The position numbers and the translations under genes are program-made. This document shows positions 54,382 through 63,023 of a stretch of DNA of 64,000 nt, in pieces. The DNA is taken from assembly GCA_041661245.1 (NCBI GenBank), contig JBAZUY010000002.1, forward strand, positions 178,153-242,152, in the 5' to 3' direction. Source of the DNA: an archaeon (GTDB taxonomy: Archaea; Iainarchaeota; Iainarchaeia; Iainarchaeales; JAAZKV01). Numbering within the stretch: position 1 is the stretch's first letter; each line of letters begins with the position of its first letter. The notes under the pieces were generated by a model. It was given only the letters and a program-made list of their open reading frames with translations. It ran no database searches and was not told the origin of the DNA.

Positions 54382-54594
54382 TTAGCGGAGCAAGCAATTC
54401 GCTTTGTATTTTGCAATTATTTTTTTAGTGAATGCAGGGGTGGATTTAATTCCATAATCTGCAATCATTTTTTTAGTAATTTCATCAACGGACATTGTAC
54501 CCTTAAAGAGAGCACTTTTTAGCGCAGTATTTTGCGCAAGCGCTTTGAAAATAAATCCTTCCAAATCCTTGGGTTGATGCTTAACCATACACAC
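54382..54594 (-). CDS. small conserved hypothetical protein (paralog of 52449-52655)
   Basis: Starts MVKHQPKDLEGFIFKALAQNTALKSALFKG. The similarity extends into the upstream non-coding DNA. Confidence 0.5.
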   Translation of the reverse strand: MCMVKHQPKDLEGFIFKALAQNTALKSALFKGTMSVDEITKKMIADYGIKSTPAFTKKIIAKYKANCLLR

Positions 54595-54745
54595 TTTTTA
54601 CTTTCAAAGTATTAATAATTACCTAAGACAAAAAAGAAATAGAGTTTTTCCTTTGGATAAAAAGAATTCGTGAAGGAAATAACGCACATTGTAGGGCACT
54701 TTTTCCAATACAAAGAGTTTTATTTAAAGAAAAAGTAGAATAGTT

Positions 54746-55462
54746 ATGCCTGTTTTAAGAATTGCCCGAAGGAGAAAAAAACTTCTTCATTTGAATGAAA
54801 GAAGGAAACGTTCGCTTGTAAAAGAAGAATTAGTTAAACGAAGAATGTACGCAGAGGATTTTTCTAAAATTACTGTTGAAGCGAAAAGAGCTTTTGTCAA
54901 AGAACGAACGTTAATTAAAAGAATGAATCAATTTGCTGCAAAGGATGAAACACTCGAACTCTTTATTGGACTTTACAAAGAAATGCGTAATCAACTTGGG
55001 AATTTAACTGGGAAAAAAGTTCTTACGATTTCTGAAAGATCGGATTTTATTAGATTTTTAACTGAAGGAGAAAAAGCAAATGTAACTCCTTTATCCTTTC
55101 GTGGAGGAACTTTTCAAGAAATGAATCTTTCACACATTGCAGGAAAAATGGATTGCATTGTTGCCAATGCTGTTTTTGAGAGAGATGCATTTTTTTACAC
55201 GGCAATGGATTTTCCTGCTTCAATTAGATTTAATGATAGATCAGAAAATTTAAAAGCAACTGTTAAAGAAAGAATGACCACTCTTGGGAAAATGCGCGAA
55301 GCACTAAAAATTGGAGGCAAAGTAATTATCACCGGAACCTCAAGCAAAACCATGTTCAAACCCCAAGAAATAGCACAAGCTGGATTTAGAATAATCAAAC
55401 TAAACCAACCCGATATGACTTCACATGGAAGAACCATAACGGTTTTTGAGAAAATCAAATAA
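54746..55462 (+). CDS. hypothetical protein with a basic N-terminus
   Basis: 238-aa ORF. There is only a weak resemblance to Rossmann-type methyltransferases (..ALKIGGKVIITG), so I do not assign it. Confidence 0.4.
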   Translation: MPVLRIARRRKKLLHLNERRKRSLVKEELVKRRMYAEDFSKITVEAKRAFVKERTLIKRMNQFAAKDETLELFIGLYKEMRNQLGNLTGKKVLTISERSDFIRFLTEGEKANVTPLSFRGGTFQEMNLSHIAGKMDCIVANAVFERDAFFYTAMDFPASIRFNDRSENLKATVKERMTTLGKMREALKIGGKVIITGTSSKTMFKPQEIAQAGFRIIKLNQPDMTSHGRTITVFEKIK

Positions 55463-55641
55463 GGAACAATCTGTTTCTTTAGGAAAAACTCTATTGTTAT
55501 GTTTTAAATCACTACATAACATGGCTTTGGCCCAAGGTTTGATCCCAAAAAGCACTTTTAACCCATTTCTTTTTCTCCATCTTCACAACTAATACACACA
55601 TTTTCTAGGACACTTTGTACCCATGGGTTGAAATTGAAATT

Positions 55642-55930
55642 AAAAAATGCCCCCAAAACCAAGGGGCTAAAACTACCCACTTTGCAGCCACCAGATTTGA
55701 TCCACGGGTTGTTGGATATAGCCCTAAGCCCTCGTTCACTCTTGTTCCCGACCGCCCACTTCCCCAGCCAGTCAAAATCCTAATTTTTGCCCCACAATCC
55801 CTTTGAGCCATAAAGGAATCAAAGTTTAGGAACTGGACTAAGTAATCAAGGCCAATTCCCGGCAATAGCTTTGCCCCGCAGCTCGTTTACCCTGGCCCTG
55901 CGGCAAACTCTTTTCCCACCCACAGGAATC
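55642..55930 (-). ncRNA. candidate structured non-coding RNA (family unknown)
   Basis: A local GC-rich island in AT-rich DNA with no credible ORF. It contains several stable hairpins. On the minus strand it ends with GCCCC-UUGGUUUU-GGGGC followed by U6. Confidence 0.3.
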
Positions 55931-56293
55931 TTTATACATAACAATTAATGCCGCCTTAAAGATTCATGCCACTTTTAAGAGCATGGCACACTTCCACTAA
56001 TAAATTATTGCAGGCATATTTGAGAAAATACCCAAATATTGTGAAGGAATTTTAAAGGATAACGATGATTATACTGTATCCTGGAGGGTGGTTTTTGGGC
56101 CATTTTGAAGAGGAAAAAGGACAGAATGTGTCAAATTGGCAAAATAAGCACTTTTAGCAAAATACGGGATAATTTTATGTGAGTTTCGCGCGAAAAAATT
56201 TATGTGACCGGCTGTCTAGACTTTGATTTGGACCTAGTAGTGGAACTGAGTGAAGGGATTCCAAAGAAGTGAGGGCTAGTTATGTATCAAAAA

Positions 56294-56608
56294 TTATTTT
56301 ATTGGCAGACCTCCAACAAAATACAACCACAAATTTACTGCCAATAAAACTAGATTAAAAACGCCTAAACAAATCTGCACTTTATTATTCCAACGTATAC
56401 TTGAACTTAAACCCATATTAATTTCCAATTGTTGCTTGCTCAAAACAAGTTGTTCAAAGTTATTTGCTGTTTGGGCATCCTCTGTCAAACTATGCCTATA
56501 TTCATTATTAAAGTTTGGCAAGGCATTGTGCCAATATGTTGCTCGCTCTTCCCACACACCCCTATCTTTTTTTGCTTGATCTAACGTTTTTTTGTCTAAT
56601 TCAACCAT
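56294..56608 (-). CDS. tail-anchored hypothetical protein
   Basis: 104 aa with a C-terminal TM helix (ICLGVFNLVLLAVNLWLYFVGG). Confidence 0.45.
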   Translation of the reverse strand: MVELDKKTLDQAKKDRGVWEERATYWHNALPNFNNEYRHSLTEDAQTANNFEQLVLSKQQLEINMGLSSSIRWNNKVQICLGVFNLVLLAVNLWLYFVGGLPIK

Positions 56609-56759
56609 TCAAAACACCTCTTTGTACAAATAAAAGAAAGGTTACTTATATTAGTTTCTTAAGTGTTTTGCCGGTGGTGAGAAAAAAGTGAGTGTTAAAA
56701 ATATTTTTTCTTGACGAGAGTTAAATATGTCCTATAAAATGTGATATTATTAGTTTCTT

Positions 56760-57638
56760 TTATTTTTGATTGACCGCTGGTTGTGGGCGATACATAGCAC
56801 CGTCGATGTTATCGGAAACTGCGTGAATATAATTAGTTTCAATCTCTTTTAGGGAAATTATTGCTTTTTCTATTTCTGCTTTAAACTCCTCAGTTATCAG
56901 ATGAACTTCAACATCAACCTCAGGAACTTCTTTACCAGTAACTTCTTTGCCAGCATTTCGAGTTAGAGCTATGACCCCTAAATCAGTCTCTTTTCCAACA
57001 CTACTAACCCTCTCCGAGATTTTTTTTGCGTTGAACACACGAAAAAGAACCTCCCCGAGAGAAGCACTAGTCGAATATTTATTCTTTGTTATTTCTGGAA
57101 AAGATAATCTTTGGCCCTCCCCAATTATTGAAAAACCCAAATAATCTTTAGCCGTTAATTGCCCATTTCCTGTAACTTCAAATATGTGCGTCCCGCTGCT
57201 GTCAATCCCCGCAATGATTAAAGAAACCATTTCTTCAAAATTAAGCTGGAACAATTTTATCCTTTCATCAAGATCTTTAAATAATTCAATTGGCAAGGGA
57301 CAACCTTTAGAATAAAACTGTTTAAACTTTAAACCTCTTGAGTTCAAAAATTTTTCTTCAACAAGCTTTCGAAATTGAAACTGAGAATAAATCTTACAAA
57401 GCTCAGCTAGATTAGCAACAGTTAAATTTTCTCCTGAAGGGGCATCCTTAGTAGCATTATTGATTATTTCAATACAATCTTCAGTTTGCCCTGAAAACAT
57501 AATAACAACATTTTTAAGATAACGAACCTTAGAGGCGTGCTCAAAATTGACAGACGTAGACTGTTGCCGATCAGCACAAAAAACAATCTTCGGCCCTTCA
57601 GTATTGTTTTCACTTATTGCGGCAATACAAACAGTCAT
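56760..57638 (-). CDS. Ntn-hydrolase / proteasome beta-type (Anbu-like) protein
   Basis: Begins MTVCIAAIS, i.e. Thr directly after Met. Then IVFCADRQQS, SKV, FSGQTED and GFSIIGEG follow in the order of proteasome-fold catalytic motifs. A C-terminal extension of about 80 aa follows. Confidence 0.5.
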   Translation of the reverse strand: MTVCIAAISENNTEGPKIVFCADRQQSTSVNFEHASKVRYLKNVVIMFSGQTEDCIEIINNATKDAPSGENLTVANLAELCKIYSQFQFRKLVEEKFLNSRGLKFKQFYSKGCPLPIELFKDLDERIKLFQLNFEEMVSLIIAGIDSSGTHIFEVTGNGQLTAKDYLGFSIIGEGQRLSFPEITKNKYSTSASLGEVLFRVFNAKKISERVSSVGKETDLGVIALTRNAGKEVTGKEVPEVDVEVHLITEEFKAEIEKAIISLKEIETNYIHAVSDNIDGAMYRPQPAVNQK

Positions 57639-57794
57639 ACCATCACACCTTATCTTTTCCTTTCCTTTTCTCCAAAAGATACTTCGAACTCACGCCATAC
57701 AATAACAAAAACAAGCATAAACCAATTCTTAATTCTTTGTAACCAAAATCACCACAACCAAAAGAATTAAATGTAAGTAAATTCAATTAAATTT

Positions 57795-58664
57795 ATGAAA
57801 AAGACCCACTTCGCAATACTTGTCATTGCAGTCATTGTAATTTTAATTTCAATAGGACTCTCAGGATACTCGGCATATTTAGGATCACAAAATAGTTCGT
57901 TTTTATCAAAACAAATAGAATTTGACAATAATGTTAACGCAGCACTTGTTTATCAAAATTCATTGCAACAGGCAACAATTAGAGCTTTAATAGACATAAA
58001 TAATTCTCTGCAACTTGAATCTGAATCGCATTTTGAACAAATAATGGACTCCCTTGACAATTCAGTCTTAATGATAATGTCTGGTCCTGCAAATGCTAGT
58101 GATTCAACTCAACAAGACATCATATTTGTTGATGCCCAAGGAAATTCCTGGAAAATAGGAACGGGTTTCAGTATAAATAAAAGAGGAACAATTATGACTG
58201 CACGACATGTTGTAGAAAATTCTCCTTTAGTAAGAATAGTATTAAAAGACGGAACATGGATTAACGTCCCAAATAAGGACATCTATTTACACACCCAAGC
58301 GGACTTAGCAATACTTGACATAAATTCAGGACTTCCACCAGTTAATTTAATTAAAACTGGCGTCATTTCAACTGGAGCTGAAATTGGATTTATCGGATTT
58401 CCATTGGGAAATGACAGTGTACTTACCCGAACAAAAACTAAAGGAAATGTATCAGCATTATTCAATTATGCATATAACGGACATAAAATTCCAGCATATG
58501 TAATAAACTCATTTGTAAATCATGGAAACAGCGGCGGACCCTTATTTTCTATGAAGACTGGAGAAGTCATTGGTTTGATTAATGCAGTGCACGCAGAAAC
58601 CAATGGGATAGGAGTAGCCACTATTCTAGACCAAGGGTACATTCCAGCCCAATTTGTAAATTGA
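57795..58664 (+). CDS. membrane-anchored trypsin-like (S1/HtrA-type, no PDZ) serine protease
   Basis: N-terminal TM helix. Catalytic triad contexts are TARHVV, ADLAILD and HGNSGGPLF. Confidence 0.7.
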   Translation: MKKTHFAILVIAVIVILISIGLSGYSAYLGSQNSSFLSKQIEFDNNVNAALVYQNSLQQATIRALIDINNSLQLESESHFEQIMDSLDNSVLMIMSGPANASDSTQQDIIFVDAQGNSWKIGTGFSINKRGTIMTARHVVENSPLVRIVLKDGTWINVPNKDIYLHTQADLAILDINSGLPPVNLIKTGVISTGAEIGFIGFPLGNDSVLTRTKTKGNVSALFNYAYNGHKIPAYVINSFVNHGNSGGPLFSMKTGEVIGLINAVHAETNGIGVATILDQGYIPAQFVN

Positions 58665-58729
58665 CTTACCTACTATAGTGAGCCACTATTCAAACAACCA
58701 ATAAAAAAGTAAGCACTATTCCAAAATCC

Positions 58730-58812
58730 CTTTTATCTCAATTAAATCAGTAATCACGTAGTCCGCTCCTACTAAGTGAGCGTTAGAGTCCGTATCAGCA
58801 CAGTTTTCATTT
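58730..58812 (-). pseudogene. fragment of a HAD hydrolase gene 3' end (copy of 59795-59890)
   Basis: ...AGTCCGCTCCTACTAAGTGAGCGTTAG[deletion]AGTCCGTATCAGCACAGTTTTCATT aligns with the C-terminal coding end of the 59786-60484 gene. Confidence 0.6.
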
Positions 58813-58827
58813 TCAAAGCGTATTCTT

Positions 58828-59730
58828 TTACCCGAGTAGTTTTTGTTGTTTCATTTCAGCAGACATTCTTTCCATGTATTCTTCTCGAGACATTACTAAC
58901 CTTAGTTCCAAAAATCTATGGTAAAAATGATCAAAAATGTGCCTAATTTCTGGTTCGGAAAGTTTTCGCCCTTTCTCACGAATTAAAAGTTCATTGATAA
59001 GGACTCCAGAGAATTGCCCGATATCCTTTGACTCTTGATCTGTAAAAGTCATTAATTTTCTTTCTTCTGATTCTTTCATCATGGCCTCTGACATAAACCC
59101 ATGTTTTTTTAGACCCATCAAATCATTCATAGCATCACTAACCATTAAATGGTTCCAAATAGCTAGTCTAATTTCAAGAGCCCTTGCTTTTTTTTCTTCA
59201 GGTAGACGACGAATCGTTTTGTCCACAGTTTCTTCAAAAAGTCTAATCACTCTTCGCGAAGATGCCTCATCTTTTCTTTGTTTTTGTTTCCACTTTTTCA
59301 CATATTTTTTATCCATGCCCACTCTATACAAATCAGGATTGAATCTTCCCGCCCTGATCTCGGTATCAGTCGATAAAACTGAATGCAAATAAGAATCCGC
59401 AGACATTGCGGCCTGTTCAAGTACTTGCTCTGGTGATCGAGCCACCCCATAATTCTCCGTGAGCAATGCTTTTCGTTTAGGATCTAAATTGTATGCAATC
59501 ATTGAATTAAAGGCGAATTTAATACTGTGATTAAGCGGGTACTTCGCAAGCCACTGTTGTCTCAATACTCGACCAAGTTTTGGATCTTTATACGATGCAA
59601 TAAGATCAGCCCTTAATTGTCCGGGCTCAATTTTGGGCATAGTTGGTTTTGCTTTCTTTTTCCTGCCCATGAAAAGAACCGGCAAGTTTCTTTTCCCCTT
59701 TGAAAACATTCTTGAAAAAAAATTTTGCAT
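58828..59730 (-). CDS. hypothetical protein
   Basis: 300-aa helical ORF with a basic N-terminus. No family recognised. Confidence 0.45.
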   Translation of the reverse strand: MQNFFSRMFSKGKRNLPVLFMGRKKKAKPTMPKIEPGQLRADLIASYKDPKLGRVLRQQWLAKYPLNHSIKFAFNSMIAYNLDPKRKALLTENYGVARSPEQVLEQAAMSADSYLHSVLSTDTEIRAGRFNPDLYRVGMDKKYVKKWKQKQRKDEASSRRVIRLFEETVDKTIRRLPEEKKARALEIRLAIWNHLMVSDAMNDLMGLKKHGFMSEAMMKESEERKLMTFTDQESKDIGQFSGVLINELLIREKGRKLSEPEIRHIFDHFYHRFLELRLVMSREEYMERMSAEMKQQKLLG

Positions 59731-59785
59731 AAATAAAAGTAATTTCTTTGAACTATTTAAGGTTTAGTTTAAGCCTTTATCTTAC

Positions 59786-60484
59786 TCAAATAATCTCTTT
59801 TATCTCCATTAAATCCTTTATCACAAAATCCGCCCCAACTAAGTGAGCGTTAGTATTATTTTTTGGAGTCCGTATCAGCACTGTTTTCATTCCTACTTTG
59901 CGTGCACCTTTGACATCATTCTCTGGGTCGTCTCCAACGAAGAGAGTATCGGAAGCAACGCATCCGAGTTTGTGTAAAGCAATGTGAAATATTGGTGAGC
60001 GTGGTTTCTCCGCACCAACTTCATTAGAAGTTACAATACAATCAAGGTATGTAGAAATGCCTAATGCTGCTATCTTTTTTAGTTGAGCATAAGTAGTCAT
60101 GTTTGTTGCAATACCAACTTTAATTTTCTTTTCCTTCAAATAAGAAAGCAACTCAATTAATCCATCCCTAGGCTTAATGTTCGCAAGGAACACTTTCCAA
60201 TACTCTTCATACAACTCTATTGTTTCTGGGGCAGAAGGCTTACCTAACTTCTTTTCAATTATCCTTTGAAAATAAAGAGTACGAGAATGATAAGCTGGAA
60301 GAGAAGAAAGTTCCTCCATGAAATGCTTACGAGCAGAAGAATACAACTCTAAAAACTCTTCCTTGGAAGTAGAAATAATTCCTTTTGATTTTACTGCAAC
60401 TGCTTCCAAAGCTTTTTCATGCGCAGGAACATAATCATACAACGTATCATCCAAATCAAAAAGAACAGCTTTCATAAACAACAA
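59786..60484 (-). CDS. HAD-IA family hydrolase (phosphatase)
   Basis: Motif I VLFDLDDTLYDY, motif II ATNM, and motif IV FVGDDPENDVKGA. Confidence 0.75.
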   Translation of the reverse strand: MLFMKAVLFDLDDTLYDYVPAHEKALEAVAVKSKGIISTSKEEFLELYSSARKHFMEELSSLPAYHSRTLYFQRIIEKKLGKPSAPETIELYEEYWKVFLANIKPRDGLIELLSYLKEKKIKVGIATNMTTYAQLKKIAALGISTYLDCIVTSNEVGAEKPRSPIFHIALHKLGCVASDTLFVGDDPENDVKGARKVGMKTVLIRTPKNNTNAHLVGADFVIKDLMEIKEII

Positions 60485-60516
60485 TGAAGCGTATGTTGTA
60501 CTTTAAACTTCTGGCG

Positions 60517-61101
60517 CTAGATGGCAAGTGCGTTACCATGTTTTTCAACTAGTCTTTGCCACAACCTTCGCTGTTTTGGATCAGGAATGATTTTTTCAAG
60601 TTGAGCACTAATTATTTGAACAGCTAGTTTTTCTTCAGTCTTAGTTAACTCTGCTCGTCCATTAGTTGATGCTAGCCAAGAAGAAACTGCGGTAAGGTAC
60701 TTCACCCTTTCTTCAGCAGGGACCTTAACGGCAACTCGCTTAAGAGAACTATGAATTGAATCAACTAATTCTTTCTTACTGTCAGCAAACCAAACATGGG
60801 ATTTTGCTAGTTCCAAAACATCCTTGAGTGGAAGTTTGTATCTCTTAGCAAACTTTTCCTGCAACTCAGGATTAACTAGTATTCGTTTCCAACCAGCAAG
60901 TCCAACTCGTTGTTGAATAAGATTAAACCTTTCCTGATAAGTTATCTTAAACCTAGTTCCTTTCCCAAAATAGAACTCAGACAAAGAAGGCCTTTTCCTT
61001 GGTTTAGTTTTGGCTTTCATCACAAAGACTAAACTTTGAAATATATAAAAGTGAGTGTTAAATATTTTGGCATTTTCCATAAGTCTTATATTTTCAAACA
61101 A
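60517..61101 (-). CDS. hypothetical basic protein
   Basis: The likely true start is the ATG at 61020 (MKAKTKPRKRPS...), preceded by a TATA box at 61041-61048. Confidence 0.45.
   Translation of the reverse strand: MFENIRLMENAKIFNTHFYIFQSLVFVMKAKTKPRKRPSLSEFYFGKGTRFKITYQERFNLIQQRVGLAGWKRILVNPELQEKFAKRYKLPLKDVLELAKSHVWFADSKKELVDSIHSSLKRVAVKVPAEERVKYLTAVSSWLASTNGRAELTKTEEKLAVQIISAQLEKIIPDPKQRRLWQRLVEKHGNALAI
61033..61062 (-). promoter_or_regulatory. TATA-box promoter with a conserved flanking block
   Basis: The minus strand reads CACTCACTTTTATATATTTCAA about 21-28 nt upstream of ATG 61020. A 22-nt identical block occurs at 62225-62246. Confidence 0.5.
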
Positions 61102-61113
61102 CCTAATTGAAGA

Positions 61114-61479
61114 ATGGATTTTGCAGAAAAGAGCCCCAGGGACTTAGAATTGATTTTTGTTAAGAGACAACGAGAATTATTTGCCATTGGGCGAGATCTT
61201 TCATCCACTTATGGCGCAGGAGGCGCAAATCAACACTTAGACAAAACTATTTCAGATTTAGTAGAAATAGCAAAAGAGCTCACTAAAAGAAGAATCCGCG
61301 TGCCCTTAGATATTTCCATCCAGCACCCAGTTATTCAAAAAAGAATACTCAAAGCCATTAGTAAAACCACTTTACTAACTGCCATGGCTCTTCAAAAAAG
61401 ACCAAGACGAACTAGAGAAGTACAAACGGAGTTTAGTGCTTTCCCAAAAGCCACTAAAATACGCAGAAGATTAAAGTGA
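61114..61479 (+). CDS. hypothetical protein
   Basis: 121-aa ORF with a basic C-terminus. Confidence 0.4.
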   Translation: MDFAEKSPRDLELIFVKRQRELFAIGRDLSSTYGAGGANQHLDKTISDLVEIAKELTKRRIRVPLDISIQHPVIQKRILKAISKTTLLTAMALQKRPRRTREVQTEFSAFPKATKIRRRLK

Positions 61480-61492
61480 GTGTTAAACTTTT

Positions 61493-62215
61493 TTACTCAA
61501 ACCCATTTTTCTCCAAAAACTTTGTTAATTTAGAATAGTTTTCATCACTGAAATCATTAATGAACAGTATTCTTTCCAAATTAAGTTTTTCTCCAAGTAT
61601 TTTAGAAATATTTTCAAGAAGAACTTTTTTAGAAAATGTTGTGGTCAGAGCAACAATCCTTGCCCCTGCTCTTAATCCCGCAACTATTCCGCTAGGAGCA
61701 TCTTCAAACACAATTGAACTTTCACAATTAATTCCAATTTGTTTCGCAGAGTGCAAGTAAATATCAGGATAAGGTTTGTGCCTTGCAACAGTATCCGAAC
61801 GAAAGATTTTGTTATTAAATAATTCACTTATCTTTAATCTCTTATCAATAAGATCAAAGTACTCTTTGTTGCATGCGGTAGCAATTGCTACAGGCAAAGG
61901 ATAGTTCAGAAGTAGTTTTGAGTAAAAACCCAAAAAGCCTTTCATATAAGGAATTTCCTCTTCATAGAAATGTTTTTTGTTTTCTCTTCGTAAAGAATCA
62001 AACTCACTCCCACTAATAGGCACTTTATGGTACTTGACTAATATTTCCATTCCTTCAACATCTGACTTTCCAACCATTAATGGTTTTACTGCATCCCTAT
62101 CATATTTCTTCCCAAAAGTCTCCAAAAGCAATGCACAAGCCTTGTCATTATAGGGCTCACTATCAATAACTACCCCATCAAGATCAAACAAAAAACCTTC
62201 AAGTTTCATAAGCAA
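61493..62215 (-). CDS. HAD-IA hydrolase (beta-phosphoglucomutase/phosphatase-like)
   Basis: Contains FLFDLDGVVIDSEP, ATAC and VFEDAPSGIVAG. The likely start is the ATG at 62209. Confidence 0.75.
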   Translation of the reverse strand: MLMKLEGFLFDLDGVVIDSEPYNDKACALLLETFGKKYDRDAVKPLMVGKSDVEGMEILVKYHKVPISGSEFDSLRRENKKHFYEEEIPYMKGFLGFYSKLLLNYPLPVAIATACNKEYFDLIDKRLKISELFNNKIFRSDTVARHKPYPDIYLHSAKQIGINCESSIVFEDAPSGIVAGLRAGARIVALTTTFSKKVLLENISKILGEKLNLERILFINDFSDENYSKLTKFLEKNGFE

Positions 62216-62221
62216 TCAACT

Positions 62222-62250
62222 CAATTGAAATATATAAAAGTGAGTGCTAA
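62222..62250 (-). promoter_or_regulatory. TATA-box promoter, duplicate of the 61033-61062 element
   Basis: TTGAAATATATAAAAGTGAGTG is identical to the block upstream of the 60517 gene. The TATA box lies about 21 nt from ATG 62209. Confidence 0.5.
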
Positions 62251-62302
62251 TCTTTTTTTATAAACCCAAACATTTAAATTCATTGTTTGAGTTATTGTCC
62301 AT

Positions 62303-62950
62303 ATGGTTGATATTCCTAAGTTTAATGGAACTGGCATGGCGCTTGCAAGAGAGGTTAGTGAGTGGGTTAATGCACAATTGTCTCCAACACAAATGACTGT
62401 TGTTGGTTTGCTTAGATTGGGATCTAGAACTCCAATGCAGGTTTTAGAGAGAGGAAAATTTGCCCCTATTTTGGGTTGTTATGATAAATCAATAATCATA
62501 GCTTCAATTATGAAAGATCATGGGTATGATTCAAGAATAATATTGCAACAGGTTTTATCCGAAGGGAAACCGATTAGTTGTCATTTTGCAGTTGATGCAA
62601 AACGAGATGCTGAAAGAATTGGAATTGACCCGCATCCTTTTAGAACAGATTTTTATCCAAATGGAGTTCCTGAAAATGTTCCAGGAAAGATGACTTCTCC
62701 TTTTGAAGGAAAACAAGAAGTGGTTTATAGAAAAGTTAAGGAACACCAAGTGAACGGAAATCACTGGAATACCCCCGGATACAAGTTAGCTGGATTAAGA
62801 ACCGGCTTAGGTGTTTTAACTGCAGCAGGCGTACCAAAAGTAACTTTTGCAAAATTCGCTTGGGGCAGAATAAAAGGCCCAAAAAATAAGAGTGTAAAAA
62901 AGGGAAGTTTAAGCGAAAGAGCTGCAAGAGTTGCCCAACGAAAGAAATAG
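62303..62950 (+). CDS. hypothetical protein, possibly transglutaminase-like cysteine protease fold
   Basis: A Cys...His...Asp order (LGCYDKS...CHFAVDA...IDPHP) resembles transglutaminase-core spacing. This is tentative. Confidence 0.35.
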   Translation: MVDIPKFNGTGMALAREVSEWVNAQLSPTQMTVVGLLRLGSRTPMQVLERGKFAPILGCYDKSIIIASIMKDHGYDSRIILQQVLSEGKPISCHFAVDAKRDAERIGIDPHPFRTDFYPNGVPENVPGKMTSPFEGKQEVVYRKVKEHQVNGNHWNTPGYKLAGLRTGLGVLTAAGVPKVTFAKFAWGRIKGPKNKSVKKGSLSERAARVAQRKK

Positions 62951-63023
62951 AAACCAATTCTTGAAAAAAAATAATCTTCTAATCTTTTCAACCATTGTAA
63001 AATATGTCCAAGTAATAGTGTTA

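Noticed and set aside
55605-55865. The ORFs at 55605-55865 (-) and 55615-55806 (+) as protein-coding genes.
   Set aside because: They overlap each other on opposite strands in a GC-rich structured region. Their composition is atypical (Gly/Trp/Pro-rich) and they have no motifs. They are more likely non-coding.
55642-55930. A specific call as SRP RNA or RNase P RNA.
   Set aside because: The size and GC content fit. However, I could not find the universal SRP helix-8 motif (GNAR loop with flanking AGCA) or the RNase P P4 motif (GGAAAGUCC) on either strand. It is kept only as an unclassified ncRNA candidate.
62555-62991. Three overlapping minus-strand ORFs antisense to 62303-62950.
   Set aside because: They are mutually overlapping and antisense to a longer ORF, and they have no motifs.
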